Positions 25,587 to 37,700 of a stretch of 49,429 bases of DNA are shown here, piece by piece. The position numbers and the translations under genes were made by a program. The notes under the pieces were generated by a model. It was not told where the DNA came from. It worked only from the letters and a program-made list of their open reading frames with translations, and did not search any database. Each line of letters opens with the position of its first letter. Positions within the stretch are counted from its first letter, which is position 1. This DNA comes from Nemertoderma westbladi (lineage: Eukaryota > Animalia > Xenacoelomorpha): NCBI GenBank assembly GCA_032718475.1, contig JAUCBJ010000416.1, positions 1 through 49,429 on the forward strand, written 5' to 3'.

Positions 25587-28500
25587 TTGGTATCAATGCT
25601 CTATGCAGCAATCATGACTCCGGCAAAGAGTATGTGATTATAGTGCGTATATCTGTGAATACAGACTCAGACACGCACGGGCACGTTGTACTGTTTCACA
25701 GAGTTACCCCCTCCCCTCATATTTCCCGCCGTTGTTTACAGCAGTTATTGTATTATATAATAACTAATATCCACCCAAATCCCAATTGAAATGCGAGATA
25801 TCAAGATTTCCTTAGAATATGCCCTGATTTAGAAATACAGAGATATGAAATGGCCCTAAAACCTAAAACAAATATATTAAATGGCCTTCCTAAGAAAATA
25901 CACCCATGTTAGATTGAGTTCATAATCTACAGTTAATTACTTTAAATTTATTAACAGTGGCCCCTTTATAATATCAAAATATAAAATATGGCCCTAAATT
26001 TATAAATTAATTTTATTGATGTCTATTGGCAGAAATAGACTTGCAGACAGACATGTGTCAAACGGAAAAGACAGGGGGAAGGATAATTGGGATTACGATC
26101 AGAGATGTGAGGCAAAGGTGGCTTCTACTGCTTGCCTTGCCATTTGCCCATCGCCTTATAAGTTAATAATAAAAGTAAGTAATAATAGTAAAGTGAAATC
26201 CTCCTCCAGTTTCGTTATTTATGATACGTTTAAGCTGAAACTTGTGAAATCAATACTATAATACAACCTGCGCTGCATCATTGGGGAGAAACTGATCCAT
26301 ATGCAGTTCCCCAGTCCACTGCTAGAGGGCCAAATACTCAAAATTTTTACCTTCGATATTTCGTATTTTATAATCGTTTTGATGTGACACCTGGCAATCA
26401 TTATATTAATAATTAAGGTGCATAATACTAGCTCAGGCACATTTTCCATACAAAAACATGTAGTTTTAATCTCTGTTAAGAAATTTCAGATTATACAGTA
26501 CAGGCCACCAGAAAAAGCAGATTTCACCCAATGTGATCACATGTGAACACATTTGTTCAAGTCATCTGATTGGCAGGTTATGGCGAGTTATCTAGCTAAC
26601 TTGCTGGGACCGACAAAGGCTTAGTGTGCGGTGCGCCTGTATGTCTGATATCAGGTAGATGAGAGAGCCCACAGGGCGTAACATTGCGGACATGGGCTGT
26701 ATTGGTAGAGAGAGAACTACATACAAGACCACATGGAGGTTCATGGAGTGTATGGGAGTGGATGGGTATATGGATGGACGAGCCTAGACCATTGAATAAT
26801 TAATTTAGTGCAGGGAGATGTCGCGCCATTAGTCTGACACCGAGAGGGCACAGAGAAACACCAGAAGATGGCTTAACATCACTAACTATAGGCCTGCCTA
26901 CTAGACACTATTAACCGCACACTATAAAGGTAAACAAAATCCTTATCGCATTTCCAGCTGCAGTGAGTGACAGTTCGCGGCAAACTACAGAGAGTTTCCA
27001 GATTACTAAGCGTTTCAAAAGTATTCAATTGTATCCTTTGGCGAAAAAATTTTGGTTGTTGCCAATTCAATTATGTTCAATTATGTTCAATTGTCCCGTT
27101 CAACAACATTACATTACACTGGTACACATTTGATAAAATGTGTTCACAATTGTACAAATCTGCGTTTTCTGGTGGCCTGTACTGTAACAGACTCAGCATA
27201 TCATATGATGTTATCGACGCAGATTCCATTTTTCAAAATCTAAGGCTGCCTGACTGGATTGTGAGATGGTTAGAGGGGTCTGGATCAAGCCTTTAACGAC
27301 AAAAATTATTAGAGTTATTCTTCAAGGATCTTATAATTCTTAATACATCTCCAGATACCTTTTTATCAATTAGAGACAATATTAGGGGTGAGTACAAAAT
27401 AAAGAACCAAGGCCCAATTAAGTAACCTGCATAATCTTGTAAAATGTGTTAACTTTCGTTTATTGTTTTGGTTCCGCCAACACGCTTCTGTAACCTGCAC
27501 CTTTACTAACTTGCTCCTTTAAATGGCAATGGGACTTAAAGCGACTTTACCTCTTTGTTTTGTACACTCTAGGGTCTTTGGTCTTAACATTAAAACTATA
27601 ATTATTGCTAGCCCTAAAATTTGTTAGAATTAAAACCCAATAGCGCTCAAGGTCTACATTAGTAGACCAAAAGTAGGTGTTATAATTATTTATGTTGTTA
27701 TGTTGTTACTCAAGCGAGTTTTTGAACAACACATTCGTAGCAAGAAATTGATGTATGCAAGCGCATACATCACTGAAACTGATCATTACACATCATCATT
27801 AAATAAATTTCCGTATTAAGAAAAAGAAAATGTCTTATACGAAGAAGAATCGAAAAATCTAAAACATAAAAAACTTAAAAATCTGCATAGGCCCTATGGA
27901 TCAGTTTCTCCCCAATGATGCAGCACAGGTTGTATTATAGTATTGATTTCACAAGTTTCAGCTTAACGTATCATAAATAACGAAACTGGAGGAGGATTTC
28001 ACTTTACTTTACTTATTATTACTTACTTTTATTATTAACTTATAAGGCAATGGGCAAATGGCAAGGCAAGCAGTAGAAGCCACCTTTGCCTCACATCTCT
28101 GATTGTAATCCCAATTATCCTTCCCCCTGCCTTTTCCGTTTGACACATGTCTGTCTGCCAGTCTATTTCTGCCAATAGACATCAATAAAATTAATTTATG
28201 AATTTAGGGCCATATTTTATATTTTGATATTATAATGGGGCCACTGTTAATAAATTTAATATAATTAACTGTAGATTATGAACTCAATCTAACATGGGTG
28301 TATTTTCCTAGGAAGGCCATTTAATATATTTGTTTTAGGTTTTAGGGCCATTTCATATCTCTGTATTTCTAATTCAGGGAATATTCTAAGGAAATCTTGA
28401 TATCACACTTCAATTGGGATTTCACTTCACGATGGGCACTTCAGTGGATGTAGACCTATATTTTTTATTATATGATACAATAACTGTTCTTAACAACGGT

Positions 28501-28606
28501 GGGACTGGGAAGTATGGGGGGTGGTAACATCGTGCCCGTGTGTGTCTGAGTCTGTATTCACAGAAATACTCAATATTCAAATCCCTTAACTTTTCCTAGA
28601 ATTAAC

Positions 28607-28882
28607 TAAATAAATTGGAGATGAGCTGTTGCAACTGTAATTAAAGGTGTAATATAATGGGTTTTGTTCAGAAACGAAAAAAATGGGAGCGCGTCACCGG
28701 GGGTGAACCAGCGCTATACGCACGTTTCGGCCTAACAGGCCTCATCAGTAGCGCTAACCAGCTCAGCCACTAGCCCCTGACACTCGCAGTCCCACCTAAT
28801 AGCGCCACCGTATAGCGCTGGTTCAACCCCCGGTGACGCGCTCCCATTTTTTCCACTTTTGAACAAAACCCATAATATTACA
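28607..28882. mobile_element. Short hammerhead-bearing, internally inverted retro-insertion (Penelope/retrozyme-like)
   Basis: Absent from the paralogous site at ~24930. TSD-like CCTAGAATTAAC at 28595-28606 and 28883-28894. ~75-bp inverted repeat 28645-28720 / 28809-28885. Confidence 0.8.
28710..28755 (-). ncRNA. Type I minimal hammerhead ribozyme
   Basis: Minus strand reads AGCGCTA-CTGATGA-GGCC-tgtta-GGCC-GAAAC-gtgc-GTA-TAGCGCT: full core, 7-bp stem I, 4-bp stem II, short stem III and a GUA cleavage triplet. Confidence 0.9.
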
Positions 28883-29847
28883 CCTAGAATTAACATACGT
28901 TTTTAATGACTAAATCTGAAACATTTTAAAATCTTAATCTATATTTGAAAGTTATTTTTTGTGGTACTAATTATCGTCTGGTGTGTTTAAAAATGGCCAA
29001 ACCAAATAATTTAAAAAATAGGCCACAAAATGGCACTCTGCTGTGGCCAAAAGTGCCTTTTTGTGCAAATGGTATTCTGAACAAGTGTCAACATTTCTGA
29101 ACAAATTTCAAATCATTCCAGCAAAAATCGGCGGAGAAATAGCCGATTTCATGACAAAATATAATTCTTAGTTAAAGGTGTTTAATATGTCGCTTCATTT
29201 CTAAATTTAATATGTAGTCTGCGAAAATAACAATATTACGATCCATCGGTATTGTCTTATTTGCTTACATTTCATAATATCGATCTTACGATTTATATTT
29301 TCATTAACTTTTTTTATTTTCTGAATTTATTTACTATTTCTCACTGAAAGTGGACATGTTTATTGAATTTTAATAGCAGCAAAATGGCCTACTTTAGACC
29401 ATGTACTTAAAAGGCCATTAAAAAGGATATGGCCCCTACAAAACAATGCCCCCTGTCCTAAAGGCCTGTTTACACGTGGCAACTTTTAGAGCAACTTTCT
29501 CGGCAACTAGCAATGTGTTTGGAGCAATTTAATTTAATCGCTGTTTAATGTTTACACGTGGCAACTTTACCAGCAACTTCACCAGCAAAGTGGCCGGAAA
29601 CTTTTATAGCAACTTGGCTATTTTGACTGTAAAATAGTGGGTACTGGTTCAGTATGCATACACCTCTCACCAAATTAAATATTTACTAGCTAGTTTTTGA
29701 TAATTTATTTTTTTTGAAATTTAGCCATTTTATTTTGAAAAAATTAATGTTCTAGAACAAATATTTTTTTAGACAAAGGCCTGGTTAGTATTTAAAAAGA
29801 ACGGGATGGATATAATACGTATATAAAATGAATAAAATAACTTTTTA

Positions 29848-31563
29848 GGCCGCGTTCACACTACCGAGTCAAAGTCAAAGTTAACCCTATTAAACCTGGG
29901 GGGGAGGGGGCCAATATGACCCCCCCCGTGGTTTTTTTATTATAATTCTGAAACAAACGCAGTTGGGAATCTGAAATTTTATGACTTTTCCTAAAAATCT
30001 ATTGTATTCCTAGTAGTGAAAACCGTTTTCAAAAATATTGGGTAGTTTTCGAGTTATAGCACCATTTTTTAACCCTACTTTTGGCACTTTTTTTGAGACG
30101 TTTTTTGAAAATTACATTTCATCAAATATGAATTGTAACATCTCTATTTTTTATTTACACCGGTTTTTTGGTCTTAGCAATTGGATGGAATTCATATAAA
30201 TTGATTTAGAAATTTCAAACTTGTTTTTTTCGGCGGGTGCCAAATTTTGGTGCCAGCACCAAATTTTGAAATATGTCAATTTTGTAAATTGATTGTTTGA
30301 AACTTATTTTTTACGCAATTGGGGTTTTTTGGGGTTCTAGGTTTCGATGAAATATATACGAGTTGCACCAAGCGTATTCAAACTTGTATTTTTCGGTGCT
30401 GTGTGCAAATTTTGGTGCTAGCACGAAATTTTGAAAATCCATTCAATAGATAAAATTGCTTGTGACAATTTATTTCTTGCATTTTAGAGGTTTATGGCTG
30501 TTCTGAATTCAATGGAATATATAATTATCGAACTAGACATCTCAAACTTGTATTTTTCGGAAGTGGGTGCAAAATGTGGTGCTAGCACCAAATTTTGAAA
30601 ACCATCAAATATATCAATTGATTGTGCCATCTTGTTTCTTGCGTTATACGGGTTTGTTAGGGTTCTGAATTCAATGGAAACAGTAAAAATTTCATAAGAG
30701 TTTTCAAACTTGTATTTTTCGCCGGTGGGTGAAAATTGTTGTGCCAGCACCAAATTTTGGAAAATGAGTAAATTGATCAGTAGATAGTATCATCTTGTTT
30801 CTTGCGTTATACGGGTTTATGAGGGTCCTGAATCCGATGGAATCAATAAAAACAGCACTGGACATCGCAAACTTGTACTTTTTGGTGATGGGTACGAAAT
30901 TTGGTGCTAGCACCAAAATTTGTCAAATTACGCCGAAAAATACAAGTAGCAATGATCTGGCATATTTGAAATGTATTCCATTAGAATCAGCGCCCTAGAA
31001 AACCTGAAAATGTGAATTTATAGCATCATATAAGTGAATTAAAAATTTTGTGTTCTAACTGAAAAGTGCTGGTTACTTGTTTTTTCATTTTTTTCCTACG
31101 CAGAGAGGACTAAACAGCCATTTATGGTAATCATATCATTTTTAAATATTTTCCAATGTATTTTGCGCCCCAGAAAACCTATATTGAAAAACAATTAGCC
31201 GAAAAATGTAACTTTCAAATTTTGTGAAAATTGTGCACTACTTGTAATTTTGGTGCTGCAATATTACCACCCCAGTAAATTCAGACGTTTTCGTTAATAT
31301 TTGTAGATTTTAGAGGGACGGGTCAATATGACCCCCCCCCCCCCCCCCCCCCCCGGTATTTGTACAGCATTTTATAGCCCGGTACTAATAGGGTTTTAAA
31401 AGACAAAATGTAAAACATATCACATGAAATTAATTTTTTCTAGAATGCCCTTATGTATTATATTAGGCCTATATAATGTATTATTATTTATTATTGCTAG
31501 CTAGCTATATTTATTTTCTTTTGAATTTGACCTTGACTTTGACTCGGTAGTGTAAACGCGGTC
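29848..31563. mobile_element. PIF/Harbinger-type MITE (hosts a nested element)
   Basis: TIR GGCCGCGTTCACACTACCGAGTCAAAGTCAA / TTGACTTTGACTCGGTAGTGTAAACGCGGTC; TTA TSD on both sides. Confidence 0.85.
29885..31393. mobile_element. piggyBac-type non-autonomous element with five internal ~163-bp repeats
   Basis: TTAA|CCCTATTA...TAATAGGG, with a degenerate right TSD. The CAAACTTGTATTTTTCG..TTTGGTGCTAGCAC unit recurs at ~30215, 30377, 30542, 30703 and 30868. Confidence 0.7.
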
Positions 31564-31919
31564 TTAAAATTTTTGAAATTTTTCAATTAAATTATCATGA
31601 TATCTAGTAAAATTTATGGTAGCTAATAAATAATAAAAGCAATGATTAAAGTAATTTCAACAATAAATTTTTGGTTTTTTTAAATTTTAAATTTTTATTG
31701 TTTCACTAGCTAATAAAAAGTATTAGCTAACACAAAATCAAAATTTCTAGCTACAATCTTACTGTCAAAATGTCAAATGTTCTAGAATAAAAACCTCATG
31801 ATAAAAGCTATTTTTCAAAAGAAAAAATTGGACTTCTGGATTTCTCTCACAAAAAAACCGCTTTATCTAATACTGTTTAATTTAATTTGAATATATTTAT
31901 AAAAACCTTTAAAAAGGAT

Positions 31920-32330
31920 TGTCCCATGCAATACAATATTCCATTGGAGCCACTAAAATTCAAAATGACCTCTATTGGACACTGTTCATAAAGGGCCACC
32001 AAAAAATGAAATGGCTCTTACAAGACATTGTCCATTAGAGCCACTTAAATATGAAATATATTTCTTATATATTAGGCAATTTTCCCTTAAAGCCATTCAA
32101 ATCTGAAATGGCCCATATTGGATAGTGTCGCTTGGAGCCACTCAACTATAATGTGGCCCGATATTAGCCAATTTTTATCAAACGCCTTTGAAAAGGCAAT
32201 GATGGCCCATGCAAGACCATGTTCCATTTGAGCCAAAAGTTCGAAATGGCCTTAATTAGTCACTGTTCATAAAGGGCCACTAAAAAATATAATGGTTCTT
32301 ACAAGACAATGTCCCCTTGGAGCCACCCAA
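31920..32330 (-). repeat. Diverged GGCC-rich array, inverted relative of 15590-15964
   Basis: AAGACATTGTCCATTAGAGCCACTTAAAT resembles the reverse complement of the left-array unit. Confidence 0.6.
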
Positions 32331-32389
32331 ATGACAAATATTATTTAGATTATCTAAAAATAAAAAAAATAAAATGTTTGTTACAATAT

Positions 32390-33116
32390 ATTTTGTTACA
32401 TTATGTCAACTTAACAGCGTTCTGGTGAATTACTCATAACGCTGCAAAGTACTACTTTGCAGCGTTGCGGCCTATAGGACGGAACGTTGCAAAGTAATCA
32501 ATGACATGGAAACAACTTCAATTACCGTATTCCAGAATGTATTATTTCCATTTATGTTAATGATTGCAGCTTTATTATCCAATTTGCAGTGACGGGACTA
32601 GCTACTGGATGTAAATAATTGTTTAACATGTACTGTAATCCATTATGGCGAAACGTCCAATAGAAGACACTAAATTAACCAAAGAAAGTGACGACAGTGT
32701 TCAGTAAAACTGTACGGACACAGACGGTGAATAAGTTTGCTTCAGTCGACTATAGTCAAGTTGGATTAATGATTTATCACATCCAAGCAGGAGATAACTT
32801 CCAATAAACTTTAATTAGATTTAAATGTATAATTAATACTGTGTACCAGTGTACCTGTTAATAAATTTCACTTATATTCGACATAGTACATGATTAAAAT
32901 GTATAAATGAGCAACCATAAAATCCTTTCTTCACAAACCGAACGCTGATAAGTTGACATAATGTAACAAAATTACATACATCATTGCTTGCAAAGGTCAC
33001 TTTTCAGCGTTAAAGACCCTTGTTTATTGATGTAAACCTCCCTCGCTGCGCTCGCTCGGTACATAAATAAACTCGGGTCATAACGCTGTAAAGTGCTACT
33101 TTGCACACAATGATGT
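32390..33116. mobile_element. Inverted-repeat-rich non-autonomous element (Crypton-like, tentative)
   Basis: 33-bp inverted repeat 32390-32422 / 32940-32972, followed by a long imperfect hairpin ~32980-33116 with CTCGCTGCGCTCGCTCG in the loop. Confidence 0.45.
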
Positions 33117-34120
33117 AAATAGTTATTAGATTTAAATAATACGGGATAAAATTCACATTATATTTAATAGGCCCATAGATAATTGTTACATTAGGGTAAG
33201 AGGCAAAACGTCTACATTATGTCTCCAATATATGAATTACTGGTGGGGGATGGAATTCGTAGGGGTCGTGAGATGTATTCAGGCTAGTCTATAAACTAAT
33301 CCCCCACCAATGACAAAATGTTAATAATGAAGTGTATAGTACGCGAAATAGTGATAAGTTATCCTTCCTAGAGGTACCGAACGGTCATACATTATTTCTT
33401 AAAAAAGCACAAATTTTAATCGCTTGTCAGTGAGAATTATTTACAGTATTGTTATTTACAATTTAACATATTTTGTTTGCACAAGTTTCGATCTTCAAAC
33501 GGCTGAGACATCCAAATAGTGGCGCAAATTGACCATTAGTGAAAAGGTATTGTTTATATTTTTGGGTAGAAAACACCGCCACTAATGTTTGAAATTTAAA
33601 TAAATTAATTTTTTAAATTATCTAAAAAACACATATTTTGTGTTTCCGTTCACTTTGCGCCATTAACTCGAGAAATCACACCCGCGTTTTTGACTGTCGG
33701 TCTTAAGTGATAATAATTATCTATAATGAAAGCCTTAAAATCGTCTAAAAACTACTTATTGTACAACTCATAATCAGAAACTACACAAAAATGAATTGTA
33801 TGCGTTATTGTAGATATATATATTTTTTAAAATATCTGCAAAGGCATTTTTGGCTGTAGAATTAAATTGATAATAAATAATATTGTTTACCGCTAGGGGT
33901 GCAAGTTAAATTCATAAGAACTAAAGGCAATTTCCTTGTAATTGTTTATTTTGGGCCATTATGCCTAGATTGGGCCATTTTGTTCTAGGTGGGCCATATT
34001 TGCCCTAAGAGGACGTGTACCTTTTGGGCCATCGTAGTAGGATTAGGGCCATTGCTCCAAGCCCAAGGCCATTTAAGGGCCATTGGACCTTTAAACGGTG
34101 GCCCTAATAGTGGGAAAGCT

Positions 34121-34277
34121 TATATATATATATATATAGACCCCTACCTCTTCCTGTTAGTTGCCAGTACATAGTCTGATGCAGACCGGTAGGTCGAAAA
34201 CGTTTACTATTGTATCTTTATCTAATATAATATAACCAGCTAAAGACCCTCAATACTTTATCTTTTTATCATCTTTA
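34121..34277 (+). mobile_element. 3' end of the Penelope-like element begun at 12476
   Basis: Reverse complement of ~12523-12678; followed by the target duplication. Confidence 0.9.
34168..34214 (+). ncRNA. Minimal hammerhead ribozyme variant of the Penelope pLTR
   Basis: TACATAGT-CTGATGCA-GACC-ggta-GGTC-GAAA-ACGTTT-ACTATTGTA, with a palindromic AACGTT stem III and a non-consensus core (CUGAUGC). Confidence 0.65.
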
Positions 34278-34412
34278 TAAATAGTAGGCCTGCCATACAA
34301 CAATTAGGTCTCAATATCAGTTGGACTACTGCTTAAATAACGGTAATAAAGTAAGTTAAAGTAACCAAGTAACCCTGAAATTTCAGAAATTCAGTTATTC
34401 TAAAATAACTGA

Positions 34413-34660
34413 CATACCGGTATTTACAATAGGCTTATTATATTTATTTCTATAAATTTAGGCTGAAATTATACCGGTATTCTGTAATTAATTCTAGTTA
34501 ATAATTATACTTATATATACTATAAGTGTAAGCTGCATACCGGTATTCACGATAGGCCTATTATATATTTATATATATTTGTGCTGAAATTACCTACCGG
34601 TATTCTGTGACAAACCTAGTCTGTAATAATACTTATATACTATAAGCATACCGGTATTCT
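34413..34660 (+). repeat. ~120-bp degenerate tandem repeat rich in TACCGGTA, upstream of gag
   Basis: CATACCGGTATT at ~34413, 34536 and 34647, with TACCGGTATTCTGT between them. Confidence 0.7.
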
Positions 34661-34793
34661 AATATATTATATATATATCACGCTACACTGAGTAGCAGTA
34701 TCGGTAATTAATTACTAGGCTAACAGTGATACTGAATTACTAGACTTGCTTAAACTGTAATAGAGCAGTAGGCATTCAACTGTACAAACAAAC

Positions 34794-37700
34794 ATGTCTG
34801 ACACTAAGCAAAACCTGTCGGACAGTCTCCTAGATACAACCATCTGTGACCCAGACAGGAGTGTGGAACGTGAGAGACCGAAGTTCAATTCACCTCCTAC
34901 TGTAAGAAAGATCATCCCTCCAGTAGTAATATCAGACCCTAGGCTGGTCCAACACCGTAGGTCTATCATAGGCACTCGAGCTCAGGTCAAGCGGGACCAA
35001 GAAGCAGCGGAACCGCAACAACCCGCGAGCCAAGAACTTATTTCTCAACGGCCCGACAGCTGCAGTAGTGCGGATACTGTAGAGCTGACACCCGAGCACG
35101 GAGCAAAGATGACAGATGCGGTTTATTCGGACCCCCTTCTCATCCTTCCTGCAGCCGTACTCACTAGGTTATTGATTGCGGTGGAAGAACACCAGATCGA
35201 TTGGGCGAGAAATAAGCGATTGACTAAAGATAGTTATGCGGGATACACAAGGGAAGAACTGAAGTCTATTGTCGAGTCGCAATGGAAATTCCCCGGACCC
35301 GGACTCCTGTTTGATTTATCAGAAGCTGCCTGGGAAGACATACACAGGATGGGAGTAACCAAGGAAACCATCGATCCAGCTGTGTGGAAGAGGTCCGCAG
35401 CCGGATACGCACAGGGATTCTTCAGCTCTATGGAGCGATTAAAAGAACAACTGTTTCAACAACCCCAAGGACCTCAAGAGCAGGGACAGCTGCTTTATCA
35501 AGTTAGAGAAAGAATTCTACGAATCAGGCTAATCTTATCGGCCTTTGAGGAGGCTTCTAAAAGAAGACAAGACACGTCGTTGCAAGTTGCCGTAAAGACT
35601 TGGTTTCAACGGGTGAGTCTCCAGGTTCAAGGAACGGCTCAGTGGAAAGTTCAACTGGATGAGCGCTCAACCCATGGAGAATCAACAGACGCTACTTTTT
35701 CCCAAGTGGAAAGTGAAGCGACGGCAGAGAAACCGCATAAGAGGGATGCCATTGACATCTATCTGTCAGACTATCAACGTTTTTTAGGTGATGAAGAGTT
35801 GAGGAGAAGGCTAGATGGACTTAGCCCTAATAGTGAAGGAACCCAGCGTGTGTTGGACGCCATCGATGTGGATATGAGAGCTGCGAACCAAGCTAAATTT
35901 GATGAACAACTCCGCATCACTAGAGTCCAAGAAGAACAAGTGAAGAAAAAACGTATAGAAGACAGAAAGGCAGCAGCAGTGGCAGCAGCAGTGGCAGCAG
36001 CAGTGGCAGCTGCAGAAGCAGAAAGAAAAGCAGCAGTGGCAGCGGCAGAGGCAGAGGCAGAAGCGGAAAGAAAAGTGGCAGCGGCAGCGGCCGAAGCGGA
36101 AAGAAAGGCGGCAGTGACAGCGGCAGAGGCAGTAGCAGAAGCAGAACGGAGAGCTTCTGAAGAAACCACCCAATTAGAATTGGAAAACATTCAGGAGAAT
36201 CAAGACTGCATAAATAAACAGTTAACAGCTAGTAATATGCAGATGATGAGTCGATCTACTCCCAAAAGACAGGGATATACATCATCTGAGGAAGGCGATA
36301 CCACCGATACTGAAGGCAGAGGAAATAGATCTCGTCGAAGCAGACGTAGAAGAACATCCCACCGTCAGAAATTGCCTGATCTGCCCCCAGGTGTTAGAAG
36401 GCAACTAAATAACACAAACTTAGGTAGTATAGAACCCACAGACCAAATAATTAACATAGAAAGACTCCCTACTATAGTAGATGAGCCTGAAATAATTAGG
36501 CCTGTTCTCGAAGCCACTCCTTCGGTGATAGAGACACCTGTACTCCCTGAACCTACCTCTAAATTCCCTTTGCACAGCACGAAGCTACCTGTGCCCCACA
36601 GAATCACCCCTGAAATTGTTCATGTTCTGGACTCCGAGCGAAATATTCATGACTTGTCGCCCGTTGTCCCTCGTCCGCCCGCTACAACGTTGGCGCCTCC
36701 CGCTTCGGCGGTCGAGTGGGTGGATGAGAGACGACGGGGGATGGATCTCCTGCTCGGGCAGATGCAGGAGACCGTTCAGCAATTCAAGGGCACAGTAAGG
36801 GAAAGTAGGTTAGAGTTGCAAGAAGTGCAGCAAAGTATCGCGTTAGAACGCGATAAATTAGTAAATACACAAAGGGGTATACCACCAACCCCGGTAACAA
36901 TGTGTCAACCTGTTAGGTCTGAAGTATTTCATGCGCAAGGTGTGGAGCCTACACGCATATATACTGCTAGCGAAGTGGAAACTCCTATAGTGAACCCTAT
37001 TAAGGGTAATTATAGACCTGTTGATAATGATATTCCCTATAGACCTGATCATAATCCGAGAAATTTATATACCGATAACTCGATATTAAATAACACGATG
37101 GCCCAAGAAAGTTTTACGCATCAAATGGCTAGAACCGAAGCCCGCCAAGCGGTAAAGGTGGGAGAGATAGTCAAGTTCAATGGAGATTAGATGAAATGGT
37201 TACCTTTTAATGAATATTACAAAGATAACATACAGAACTCTGTGCTATCTAATGGAGAGAAACTTAGATTCCTCATCGAGTGCTTGGAAGGATCTCCCAA
37301 GTTAATGGCGTTAAAGTTTATTGGACATCCAGACGGATTAAGACAAGTTTGGGATACACTAAACATCAGGTATGGTAATAGGAATAACATAGCTGGGTAT
37401 TTGTATGCAAAGTTGGTAGCACCCCGAAAGTTTATTAGCAGCGGGATTATAGAGTTTTCCAATGAGATTCAGGAGATCTGCAGACAATTAGATTGGCTAG
37501 GTAAGTCTCATGAGTATCAGAGTGCTATGGTTATTAGAGCAGTGGCTTCTACTTTGCCGAAGGGTGGAGTAGGTACACGCTGGGACAAGAAAGTGTTATA
37601 TATGATGGAACAACAACAACGAGACCCTACCATGGCTGATCTCATGTCATTCTTGGATGGCGAAGTGAAATTACAGCTCATAAAGCAGTCCAGAGAGAAG

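Larger units (their letters stand above)
23730..29063. repeat. Multi-copy ~0.8-1.2 kb module in direct and inverted orientation
   Basis: ~24223-25109 is repeated directly at ~27866-29063 and inverted at ~25655-26475. A ~200-bp sub-module also occurs at ~22720-22910 and ~23730-23950. Confidence 0.88.
13883..34120 (-). mobile_element. 20.2-kb insertion in a (TA)n tract; Helentron/Helitron2-like non-autonomous element with cargo (class tentative)
   Basis: It splits the Penelope exactly at its TA tract, with (TA)9 on each side versus (TA)10 in the uninterrupted inverted copy. Terminal hairpin GCATTGGCC-gataag-GGCCAGTGC; asymmetric imperfect sub-TIR AGCATACCCA (13925) / TGGGAAAGCT (34111-34120). 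Confidence 0.6.

Noticed and set aside
24092-26449. Paired 73-81 aa ORFs (MENVPEL.., MMSIGRN..)
   Set aside because: By-products of the inverted duplication; indels between copies break the frames.
29463-29620. Harbinger-like end GGCCTGTTTACACGTGGCAAC; also a piggyBac-like end at 15296
   Set aside because: No partner TIR was found for either, so element limits cannot be supported.
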